DNA of 64,000 bases from Leucoraja ocellata (taxonomy: Eukaryota), in NCBI GenBank assembly GCA_036785375.1, contig JAWMAR010000030.1:7564001-7628000 (forward strand), written 5' to 3'. The position numbers and the translations under genes were made by a program. The notes beneath the pieces are model-generated. The model made no database searches. It was given only the letters and a program-made list of their open reading frames with translations, and had not been told where the DNA came from. Position 1 is the first letter of the stretch. Each line of letters starts with the position of its first letter. Positions 1 through 12,700 of the stretch are shown here, piece by piece.

Positions 1-68
1 AATCCAAGGAACATTGGAAGATGACCACCATAGCATTCGTGATATCTACACACAACTCCTTCTGAACC

Positions 69-193
69 TTGTGTAGGAAAGAACTGCAGATGAATCGAAC
101 GTAGCCACAAAATGCTGGAGTAACTCAGCGGGACAGGCAGCATCTCTGGAGAGAAGGAGTTGGTGACATTTTGGGTCGAGACCCTTCTTCAGA
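69..193 (-). mobile_element. Penelope-derived short repeat with decayed hammerhead motif
   Basis: 10-bp TSD cttctgaacc at 59-68 and 194-203; minus strand reads CTGAAGAAGGGTCTCGACCCAAAATGTC. Confidence 0.7.
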
Positions 194-463
194 CTTCTGA
201 ACCAGTTCATCAGGTCCTGGAGATTTCTCACCTTTCATTCCCATTAATTTCCTCAATGCTTTTCTATCGACTAAAGCTAATTTCTTTGAGCTCCTCATTC
301 ATGCCAGACCTGCTGTTCTCCATTATTGCAGGTTTTCCATGCCCTCTTCTGCGGTGACTGATTAACAGAACAATCGTTTGACTTAACGAGCTACCAGAGC
401 TGGCATGACTTTGGTGCTTTCTTCCTGTGCCAAGATATTATAATTGTAAATCATGTTTCTTAC

Positions 464-586
464 TTGCACAGTCTCCTGATCAGATCTGCTGGACGATTAG
501 GGATCCGTTTTGGAAAATCCACTTGCTCCATTCCCTTCAAAATCATATTGTAAGTTTCAATTGCATCAGGACCAGTAAATGGAGGA
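464..586 (-). CDS. PKG2-like coding exon 15
   Basis: 123 nt, [40 protein letters not shown]; donor gtaaga. Confidence 0.93.
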
Positions 587-3500
587 CTGGGGAGACAGAA
601 AATCACACAATTATAGGTTTGTTTGGTCCCGTTTTGTAAACAGTGATTTGGGACTTTCTTCAGATCATATTTCCCCTTTTCTGTAGATGAACGATAGTTG
701 GCAGGATCTGTATAGGACCAGAGCAAATGCGAGTTTGATGGTTGGACTGGGCTCAGTGAGCAGCTGCTGACTCTTGCAGTTGAAATCCAGGAAATGGATT
801 GTAAGTTGGTGAAGGTCACAGTACGGCCTTTTTCCTTGCAACTTGTGGCTGATGCAGATGATATGCCCAGACTTGGAGACTCAGAAGTATAATTTTCTTT
901 TAGCCTTTTAGTGTTCATGAAAATCGCAGCACGCAGCATACAAAAAAAACCATGTGATCTATCTTCTAAACATCCAAGAATAATGTGGAGGGCTAACTGG
1001 TAAGTATCAAGGAATGGGAAATAAGTGGTCAGCTCCTTGAAACAATCCACAATGGACTGAATGGTCTCCTGTCACAACCCAGCCAGGGTCTAGCTTGTGC
1101 TAAATCACTGTAAATGGTCACTTTATAAGTGTGTGCTCTGTGTGAGTGCCTTTAGTGTGAGTGCACCTGATGTGAATGTGCCCTGTGTGATTTACACTTA
1201 CTGCTTCAATGCTTACTTTCCAGTCAGAAGCTCAAAGACCAGGATTCCCAGAGACCAATAGTCTGCACCAAAGTCATGGCCCTTGTTCATGATAATCTCT
1301 GGAGCAACGTACTCGGGGGTTCCACAGAAGGTCCAGGTCTTCTTGCCCAGGCCAATCCGCTTAGCAAAACCAAAATCAGCCTGAAAGACAGGGGTTGGGG
1401 GAATCACATATGTAATGAGTTACTGATTGACGTGTATGAAGCCACTTGCAATATACAATGGAGGAAACAAAGAGCTGGAGTAACTCAACGTGTAATGTGG
1501 CATCTCTGGAGAACACGGATATGTGATGTTTCAGGTCTGGACCCAGGAAGAAGGATCCTAACCAATACTGTCATGTATCCATGTTTTACAGAGATGCTGC
1601 TTGACCCGCTGAATTACTCCAGCACTCTGTGTCCTTTGTGTAAATCAAAATCTGCAGTTCTTTGTTTCTCCAATCTACATTGGCTTGGTTTAGCTTGTGG
1701 TTCCTCAAAGGTGTTCTGAGATAGAAATATCAGGGTTGACGGTGCTTGTGTTTTCCTGCACAAAGACCAGAGCATTTGTGGAAGCATATACAGGGCTTGG
1801 GTTGTGTAGAACGTTAAGCATCCTTTGGTGTTGGTTGACGAGTTGTTTTGGAAGCTTTGGTATGATTAACTATTTGGGCCTCTAATGTTTCTGAACCAGT
1901 CATTTATGGCCAATCTTTAATTTAACTCCATCTACATTTCTTGATTCTTTAACCCGACAACCCTGGTCATTATCTAAACATTCCAGCCCCCACCTGATCC
2001 TGTCTGCCTGTACACCACTTACCTCATGGTATCTTTCCCTTGGTTTATCTTTCACATCTCCTTCACCTCCTGGTTTTATGTGCACATCATTCCTTCCTTA
2101 TCTGATTCCATCTATCACCTTCCAGCCTCCAGCTTGACTTTCACCTCATCCTCCCGATGTCATCTGATTAAGTAACGTATTTTTCTTAGGTTTCTACCTA
2201 TCACTTACCCGCTTCTTGTCTCAGCACTCGCCCCGTTCCCTCACCCATCGGCTCATCATCCATTCCCCTCAGCTGGCTTCTCATATCACCTCCCAGCCTC
2301 TGCCTTAGGCCCCTGTCCCACTTAGGAAACATGAACGGAAACCTCTGGAGACTTTGCGCCCCACTCAAGGTTTCCGTGCGGTTCCCGGAGGTTTTTGTCA
2401 GTCTCCCTACCTGCTTCCACTACCTGCAACCTCCGGGAACCGCACGGAAACCTTGGGTGGGGCGCAAAGTCTCCAGAGGTTTCTGTTCAGGTTTCCTAAG
2501 TGGGACAAGGGCATTACCCCTTCCCCCATCTCTATCTGTAGCTCATTTCCATCTCAGTCCTAATGCAGGTTCTTAACCCAAAACGTTGACCATTCCTTTG
2601 CTTCGAGAGATGCTGCCTGACCCTCTGAGTTTTTCCAGCAGTTTTTTGGCCTATCTCCATCTCTCCACCGTATTATACCAAAATTATGTAGACTGGTACA
2701 GCACAGGTGGCCATTCATCCATTTATGCTGATGCTATCTCTTCAAAAGAGCTATCAATATAATTGTACTGCAATCATTTCCTATACGAATGTTTAGCCAA
2801 TTCATCTTGAAAGGTCCTGTTGAAACAGTAGGCTCCTCATTCAGAGCATACCAATTTGTAATCAATTGCTGCATTTCAAAACTATGCTTCCTCCTCATCT
2901 CTATTCTTTTCACCAATTATTTAAAATGCATGTCTCCTGATTGGTGACCGTTTTCCCACAGAAAACAGATTCGTTTTATCACGATTTTGAAACAAAAACT
3001 TATTGGAGATTTAAAAATAACTTTTGCACATTGCGCAGTTTAAAAATGCACTCGCTGCATTTTCTGGGTGAAGAAAGGTTCTGTGTTTCTCTTGTAGCGA
3101 GGTTAAGGACTTTCATTTAAAAAATTCTCCAGTCAGCTCACAGCCCACACAGTTTTTGTCAGTGGAAAGCTTTGATTGACTACTCCTGAATTAATGCCTC
3201 TCCAAAGCATCCAGCATTTAAGTTTAATTCTGATGCTGGGTGTTAGAGCGTCAGTGAGACTAGGCAGCTAGGATGCAGACATGCCCCCGGGGAGAGCAGA
3301 TTGAGACTTCCTAGATGGGATCCATCAGCTTAATTTGACACCATTAAAAGCAGAACTCCACAAAGTGCTGGAACAACTCAATAGTTCAGGCAGCATCATA
3401 GAAACATAGAAAATAGGTGCAGGAGTAGGCTATTTGGCCCTTCGAGCCTGCACCAATATGATCATGACTGATCATCCAACTCAGTATCCTGTACCTGCCT

Positions 3501-6500
3501 TCTCTCCATACCTACTGATCCCTTTAGCCACAAGGGCCACATCTAACTCTCTCTTAAATATAGCCAATGAACTGGCCCCAACTACCTTCTGCGGCAGAGA
3601 ATTCCAGAGATTCACCACTCTCTGTGTGAAAAATGTTTTTCTCATCTCGGTCCTGAAGGATTTTGCCCTTATCCTTAAACTGTGACTCCTTGTTGTGGAC
3701 TTCCCCAACATCGGGAACAATCTTCCTGCATCTAGCCTGTCCAACCCCTTAAGAATTTTGTACGTTTCTATAAGATCCCCCCTCAATCCTCTAAATTCTA
3801 GCGAGTACAAGCTGAGTCTATCCAGTCTTTCCTCATATGAAAGTCCTGACATCCCAGGAATCAGTCTGGTGAACCTTCTCTGTACTCCCTCTATGGCAAG
3901 AATGTCTTTCCTCAGATTAGGAGACCAAAACTGTACGCAATACTCCAGGTGCGGTCTCACCAAGACCCTGTACATCTCCGGAGAATATGGATGGGTGACA
4001 TTTTGGGATGGGACCCTTCCCGAATCATCACCTATCCTTGTTCTCCAGAGACGCTGCCTGACCTGCTTAGTTACTCCAGCACGATGTGTCCTTTTTTGGA
4101 ACACAAGGTTCTGCAGTTCCTTGTGTCTCCAGGGGTCAATTTATTCAAAGCAATGAAAGTTTCATTTAAATAGCACCTTTCTCATCCCTTTATAATCCAT
4201 TGACTGGTAGCTGATGTAATTGTAATTCAAGGCAATCATGGTTGCACCGCAGGATCACGTACCCAACAGTTTGATGGTAGCCATTGAGTATAAGAGTCAG
4301 GAAGTCATTCATGGTGCATCTTTATAGGATTTTGGTATGGTTGCATGTGGAGTATTGCATGTAGTCCTAGTGACCCATCACAGGAAGGATGTGGAAGCTT
4401 TGGAAAGAATGCAGAGAAGGTTTATCAGAAAGGTGCCTGAATTAAGGGGAATTAGTCACAGGGGGAGGTTGGATTATTTCTTCTGGAACACTGGAGGTTG
4501 AGAGGAGGTCTGATGGAAGTATATAAAATTATGAGAGGCAAAGATAGCATAGATGGTCAGTTGTTTTTCCCAAGATGGAAATATCCAATGCTAGAGGGAT
4601 GGCTTTAAGGTGAGAATTTACTTGCTGATGTATTGTGTCAATGAGAGACTGACTGATGGAGGTTGTATCTGCCAGTGCACGGTATGAGTTGTTACTGGTT
4701 CCACTGGATCAATACGTACCATTTTCACATATCCATCAGAGTCCAGCAGCAAATTCTCAGGCTTGAGATCCCTGTAAATGATTCCTCTGTTGTGCAAATA
4801 ATCAAAAGCCTCCACAACACATCCAACACAAAACCTGGCTGTCGGTTCCTCAAAGAAACACCTGTGAACACAAACACAGATTCAGCTCCCTTAATGGACG
4901 GATCAGTTTTCTTTTCTCCTACTATCTGATAGTGTCCTTGTGAGGCATCTCGAGAGTCTGCATTGCTATGGAACTAGTTATTATTGCCACCTGTCCATAT
5001 TGTGGGCTTGGAAGAATGTATTACCCAGGATGGTTTGGTCAGATAGGTCAACAGAAAGAATCACATTTAAAACTAAACCTAAACTTGATCCACTTAAGAT
5101 CAGTGACTTAAGGCCACTTAAGGTCAATGGCTCGGACTCTGATTTATCTGTGGACATTTGTTTTTATTTGTGCACAAGGGAGCACATAGCTGCATTCCCA
5201 TTGATTGGAATTTACCTGGCTGTGTGATTGGGATTTAATACTTTGTATCAGTTTCAATGAATCGCCTTCTCCTTGGGATTCACCTTTCACAGTACAAAGA
5301 ATGGCAAGTACAGTGACCTCCACATCTACAGATACTTAAGGAAGTTTACCACTGTCCTTTCTGTGAGTTCACCTTTGAGTGACCTGGCTCTAATGTTCAT
5401 GTTCTGGCTTCTTTCTCTACCCGAGTAGATCATTTGATATTTTTTAAGAGCAGACCTCAATCTCTTCTCAAGAAGAAAGGAACTGTGAGAAAATCTGTCC
5501 CTAAGAAAACATTTTTAAGACCATTTCCCTCTTTGGTGAATCTGTGCTGCAACTCTTTTCTAGACATTGGAGATCATCAACCTGAAGCAATAACACAATA
5601 ATGCCCCTGTCCCACTTAGGAAACCTGAACGGAAACCTCTGGTGACTTTGCGCTCCACCCAAGGTTTCCGTGCGGTTCCCGGAGGTTTTTGTCTGTCTCC
5701 CTACCTGCTTCCACTACCTGCAACCTCCGGGAACCGCACGGAAACCTTGAGCAGGGCGCAAAGTCTCCAGAGGTTTCCGTTCAGGCTTCCTAAGGCATAA
5801 CACTCTTTCTCTCTCCACATATGCTGCCTGACCTACTGAGTATTCCCAGCACTTTCCACCTATATTTTATCCAAGACCATTGGAATTGAGGTAAGGTTGT
5901 CAGATCTATAGATAGATGATGGCTTATATTCCACCTCCCTTGCAATCCTAACAGTGGCCATACACAGTAGCCTGCATTGGAATGGACATGGATTGACATA
6001 GAAACATAGAAACATAGAAATTAGGTGCAGGAGTAGGCCATTCGGCCCTTCGAGCCTGCACCGCCATTCAATATGATCATGGCTGATCATCCAACTCAGT
6101 ATCCCGTACCTGCCTTCTCTCCATACCCTCTGATCCCCTTAGCCACAAGGGGCACATCTAACTCCCTCTTAAATATAGCCAATGAACTGGCCTCGACTAC
6201 CCTCTGTGGCAGAGAGTTCCAGAGATTCACCACTCTCTGTGTGAAAAAAGTTCTTCTCATCTCAGTTTTAAAGGATTTCCCCCCTTATCCTTAAGCTGTG
6301 ACCCCTTGTCCTGGACTTCCCCAACATCGGGAGCAATCTTCCTGCATTTTGACGAAATACATTCAAACATTGGAACATAAAAATGACATACACTCACATG
6401 TCACGGAGGACGGTCCACAGCTCCCCGCCCAGACACACCTCCATGAGCATATACACATACTTGGAATCTCGGAAAGTCCGGTACAACCTATAAGTCACAG

Positions 6501-9500
6501 TTAGATAGCCATCAGATATTTCCCTTATTATTTTTGAAAGAGTCTCGCAACAGAACCTATTCTTTGCTCCGGTTAAAATGAGTTAAAATATGTGGTTGAA
6601 TGTTGGAAATGGCACTGGGTTCTACAAGATTGGGCAGCATCTCTGGGGAAAAGGAACAGGTGACATTTCGGGTCAGAACCATTCTTAAGACTGCAGTGAC
6701 CGCTGGTCGGTGCGGACTCGATGGGCTGAAGGGCTTATATCCATGCTATATCTCTAAAGTAAACTAAACTAAAACTGTTCCTGAGCTCTGAAGATACACA
6801 AAATTGCTGGAGAAACTCAGCGGGTGCAGCAGCATCTATGGAGCGAAGGAAATAGGTGACGTTTGTGGCCGAAACCCTTCTTCAGACTGTTGGGGGGTGG
6901 GGGGGGGGGGGGAGAAGGAAGGAAAAGGGGAGGAGGAGGAGCCCGAGGGCGGGTGGATGGGAGGGTGGGAGGAGACAGCTAGAGGGTTAAGGAAGGGGAG
7001 GAGACAGCCATTTCTAGCACCATTACCGACTTCATCAATTCCCACGCCCTGCCCGACCAAGCAGCCTCAACTTCTCCACTCCCTTGTCTCACTCTAATCT
7101 TTCCCCCTCTGAACGCACTGTCATTGAATCACTCCGCAAAAACCCAGATTGGGTTATCAAACCAGCCGACAAGGGAGGTGCCGTGGTAGTCTGGCGCATC
7201 GATCTCTACAAAGCTGAGGCTACGCGCCAACTCTCGGACACCTCCTCCTACTTACCCTTGGACCATGACCCCACTGACGAGCACCAGGCCACCATTTCTA
7301 GCAACATCACCGACTTCATCAATTCCCACGCCCTGCCCGACCAAGCCCTCTCTCCTGAGCTCTGAAGCATTGATTTAATAATGTGAATACTATCCTGGAT
7401 TAATAATGTGAATACTTTCCTCCCTATCTTTGTAAATTCATACAGCCCCCCAGTAATATCTGGTTTCCTCAAACACTAACCTTTCGTTCACTCTCTCCCT
7501 GCACCTCATCACCGATTTGGAAACCCATTCTGGTTCTTTCATCCTTAGTGGGTCAAAATCCTGGAGCTCCCAATTGTGGCATTCCTTACTCAATCATCAC
7601 CAGAGAAAGGAAACTTCTCAAGGGAAGCAGGAAAAAATACTAGCACACCAGCATTGTAGCAATGGTCACATCCTCATGAAGAATCTTTTGAAAACATCAT
7701 AAAGTGACTGGTGCTTTTATCCTTAAAAATCATTGCGAGGCAAGGCACAATACTGGAGCTCGTAACAATTGAAAGGAACATACAACCAACTCGTCAAAAA
7801 TTACACTGATTGGCCAGCATTTTGATGGCAATGGATTCTTTGAGTTTAAAGCAGTCCCATTGTAAATGTCGCATGGTAGAAGCTTTTGACCTAAAACATT
7901 AAGCCATGCTTCTCTCTCCACAGATGCTGCCTGATCTGCTGAACATTTCCACATAACAATCAAAGACAAAATTGCCGCTAGAACGTGGTTAATCCACCTC
8001 CATCCTCTTGTGTTGACTGAGTGCCGGTGGTTATTTTTCTGCCGATAAACGTCGCACTGATCATCCACCCTGTAGTTGGGCAACCTCGTGTCATCGTGGG
8101 GTGTTTGTTCTTGTTGAGGCACCTGTGTGGTGGTTGGGATGGAGTGAATTGAAGCATGGGCACTCTGAGAGTGCTGAGGGGGGAAGCCATTCAGCGCAGA
8201 GAATCTAGGGATCAGACATTACTATGCAACTGAGTTAGAGGTCACAGGTTCACTTCTCTGATTGTAAGCACAATAATCTCAACATTATCTGTCCTCCATG
8301 TGGGCTTAAATTGTCTGCCACTTTTCTTACGCATTCAAAATAATAAATTTATTGACTGCATGATGCTTTGCGACACCTTGAAGCTACGGCGGGTGCTTTG
8401 GAAATGCACAATCTTACTTCCTTTGATCTTATTTAGAAATCATTGATAAACACTTTTTCATACAATCCGCAGATTGGTAATACGCAAAGTAAAATAAATC
8501 AACACGAAGCAATCGCCTTTCCATATTAATTGGTATGTATGACATGCTTTGTAGCATTATCTATTATTTTTAAATTATTCTAAAATATTCTTTGATAAAA
8601 GACTCCTGTGCACTCTTAAGCAGGCAGCTGGAGCAGAAGGCTTTATCATCTTTGTTGCACACCCCATTGTAAGTCTCCAGACATGCCTGACACACAATTC
8701 ATTTCAATCATAAATTGAGCTGACATTTGAAAATGACATGTGCTTCAGATTTGGTTGAAGCTATGACAGTCTGAAGGCACAAAACAACAGGTGGCTTGGT
8801 GTAAATGTGCCAGCAGCACTTTCACAAGGCAACTTTGACCATTTTCATCACTAAAGGTTTGTGCAGAGAAAGTTTGACAACACCCAAGGAGGGGGCTGAA
8901 ACTACAAGGGTGTTTTGGAGTAGGAAGCAGTCAGATATATCAAATTCAGACAAGAGTTGAGTGAATGTAATTAAACAAAATGCATCGGTGCTTACATAAT
9001 ATGCCAATGTTGTTTCCTGGTCTAGTGAGTGAAACAGACAGGGGGAACACATTAATAAATTCATGTTCATAAATGATAAGAGCAGAATTAGGCCATCCGG
9101 CCCATCAAGTCTACTCCACCATTCTATCTTTCCCTCTCAACCCCATTCTCCTGCCTTTTCCCCGTAATCCCTGACATCCAGGGTGTCATCTTTGAGCATG
9201 AATGAGCAGGAAATAAATTTCCTGGTGTACCTAGGCTACCAAGTCATCAACTGAAGTGACTTATTCTCATACTTCTGATTTGCAAAGGTGTAATGAGCTA
9301 AAATCTGAATGGATCATAGTTGTTACCCACAGTTGGAAGACTATAGGACATAGAAACAGATTTGCACACATTTTTACAGACACCTGCACTATACATAACT
9401 CTGTAAGTATTAACTGAAAATGTGCCCACGTACATACAAATTACCAACATTTGCAAAGATACAAAAATTACACAAAGATCCACTGACAGTTACATACACA

Positions 9501-9657
9501 GGGAAGCCCACATACACATAGACTGGCAGAATACACACTTATATTGTGGCTGCACATTATATTCACATTTACACGTATTTAATGCACATTTACAGTTACA
9601 TGCCCTCATAACTAAATGTAAATTTATTACCATATATACACTCAAGACTCATACACG

Positions 9658-9700
<43 letters not shown>

Positions 9701-12700
9701 ACACACACACACACACACATTTAAGAAGGATCCCGTCCCAAAACATCACCCATCCTTTCTTCCTCCAGAGAAGCTACCCGACCTGAGTTATTCCAGCATC
9801 TTCAGTATATACCAGCATCTGCAGTTCCTTTCTACACTCAAATATATATATACACGCACACACACACACACATATATATCAACTGATTGATTGATTGATT
9901 GATATATATATTTATATGTGTGTACGCGTGCACGTGTAGATAGATAGTTACACACACATGTGCATAGGCATATAAACATGCAAAGCCCATTCACAGGAGA
10001 TGACTGGAACGAGTGCACAGCTCGCTTCAAATCTTAATCATCTCTGGAAAATGACGCTTGTCTCACCTCACAATAAACTGGCATTTGGTCTGAAGCAGAA
10101 TGTTCTTCTCGGAGTAGACATGCTCTTGTTGCCGAGTATCCACAACATGCTTCTTTTTGATACATTTCAGGGCAAAGGTGATATCTTCATCCTTCAGCTT
10201 CACCTGGTGAAGCACCGAATTGTACAAGCCATTTCAGTTAACATAACAGACAGAAAAAGCAAGATTGAAGGACTCATCCTTTTAGCTAAAGGAGCATGAT
10301 GCACTATAACATATCCATGATAGCTAATCATTTAAACTCCAGATCGAACATTTACTATTTAAATTGATAAATAGCTCAGTGCACAGCAATGAGTTTGAAA
10401 AGGAGTACCACATAAAGTGACCAATTAGCAGTAAAATGGCAACACACAAGACTGCAGATGGCAGAATCTTGAGTAAAAAAACTGTTGGAGGAACTCGGCA
10501 GTTAGGACTGAAGAAGGGTCCCTATCCAAAACATTGTTGTCCATTTCCCTCCACAGATGCTGTCTGACCCACTGTGTTCCTCCAGCGCTTAGAGGTTGAC
10601 CGATCAGCACCAGTGCAAACACTGAACAGTGTAGGTTTATGTGTGTAGGAGAAAACCCACGCAGGTCATGGGGAGAACATACAAACTCCATACTGACAGC
10701 ACCTGGGATCAAACCCGGCTCCTGCCACTGTAAGACAGCAACTTGACTGCTGTGCTACCATGACACCACCTTAACTAGATTGTTTTAATTTGTACCATTA
10801 ACAATATTAGAGCTACACAGCATGGAAACAGGCTTTGCCCACTTTGCCCATGTCGACATAGTTTTGACAATGATCCATCTCGCCCCTACAAACATTCCCC
10901 ATCACTTTCATTCCAATCCCACTCACCAGGTCTACACGGCCGAAGCCTCCCATGCCCAGAGTGGTAATAATGTCAAAGTTTTTGGAAGGGGATACATTCA
11001 TAAATTTGGCCACCTTTTCCCTCAGTCGCATCACCTCGATGCACTCAGAGGAAAGTTGTTGCGCAGTTGTGAATGGCCTTCGGAAATAAAAGGAATCAGA
11101 TTTTAATTGGTAGCAGTGAATGAGGGAACACATTCAATAAAGTACCTGGCAGCTACTGCACAACCTGTTTCTACAAATTCTCAATCAAAGGTTTTGGAAA
11201 CGTTTCATAGATTGGCATGTGAATTTTTGTTTTCTTTCATCACTCACTTTTTGTAAAAACAACACCTCTTTTCCCTTGCTTTGATTTAACTTGCACAGCT
11301 TTTGTGTCAAATTTTGCTTGCCAAGTTTTGACATAAATACTCCTTGGTCCTGTCTACTCCTGCTCCAATTTTCTCGTGTTCTTATGCCCTACTCTTTTCA
11401 CCAAGTTTATTAACAGTAAGAACATCTGCATTCTTCTCCATTCCTTCTCTCGCCTGTTTGGTAGGTGAAATCTACTCAGGAACAAAAATCGTGGTGAAGA
11501 GGGGGGAGATGAGGGAGACACAAGATGCTGCAGATGCTGGAATCTGGAGCAAAAAAACAAACTGCTGGAAGAACATAGTGACAAGCATGACTTGACCCAT
11601 CGAACTTGCTTTTCCATAAACACATCGCATGGTGCTTGTATGACAACTGAAAACACTTGCACTAAAGTGGGAATGAAAGACTATGCATGACTGAAGCAAG
11701 AGAGCACTTGAATGGAGACTGATATAGAGCTTTAAGGGATGCAGTACAATGGGGCGATTGGGCTATGGGGCACATGTTGATGACAATTCTGGTTAACATC
11801 CCAGCCAAAGTATAACACATCCTATGGCAAGCACAATTTCCACCAGGTTACTAGAAAGGGAGCTAGTCGTGCCTTTTGACTCAGAGACAGGAGGTCCGCT
11901 CTGCAACTACATATACAGTGTGAACGCATAACATCAACTAGTAGGATTTACTCCAAACGAACTAATGATACAATTAGAAATGGAGGATACTGACATTGTA
12001 TTTCTGTTTTCATCACTGCGGGAGAGTTGATCCACGTACTCCTTCAAGTAGGTCTGCAACTCCTCATATGTGCCAACCATTTGGTTAAACACGCTGGGGA
12101 CACATTTTAAAATGCATTTAGATGAATCCGATCACATAATTTAAAAACTTTTTAGTGGGCACATCAAGTTGGGTAAAGAGGAGGGTTGGGGGTGGAGAGG
12201 GGGGTGGGGGGGGGGGGTACGGGATTGTGGAGGAGAAGGACCCTTAGAAGCTAGAGGAGTAGAGATGAGACAAGGGAGAGGAAGCAGATGAATGGGATAA
12301 TCATGATGTCAGGGGAAATGTCACACATCTTCGGCACTTTATATAACATATTTGAACATAGATATATTTTATTTTGTTTAATTAAATTTAAATTAAATAA
12401 TTTGAGGTTTTGCAAACCAAATTTGATTCCTTTTGAAATTGAAATAACACTCAATTAACCAGTGGATGAAAGTTCACTCCACAGGAAGACGTACTCATAA
12501 TCTACAACTAAGCAGCGGATATCATCATACTCTGCAATTAAGTTTATCAGTGAAGAACTTCACTTGCAAGCCATTATTTTTATGTCATTGAACAATTAGG
12601 GCAGATTTCTTATTATTTATATGTATTATTTTCGTTGGACTGCGACTCAAGGAGCTGAGATGAAAACCTACTTAATTGGTATCCAAGCTAAATTCCAGTT

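Noticed and set aside
460-1050. 196-aa ORF
   Set aside because: Only 464-586 is a kinase exon; the rest is intron read-through.
3481-4104. 207-aa ORF as a host gene
   Set aside because: Chimera of a CR1 RT C-terminus and a Penelope-derived repeat read through by chance.
9422-10030. His/Thr-rich and Cys/Val-rich ORFs
   Set aside because: Translations of CA/TA microsatellites.
12175-12225. G-quadruplex-forming G tracts (also about 6890-6970 and 13540)
   Set aside because: Low-complexity runs on the non-coding strand, partly repeat-derived and error-prone in assembly; no evidence of function.
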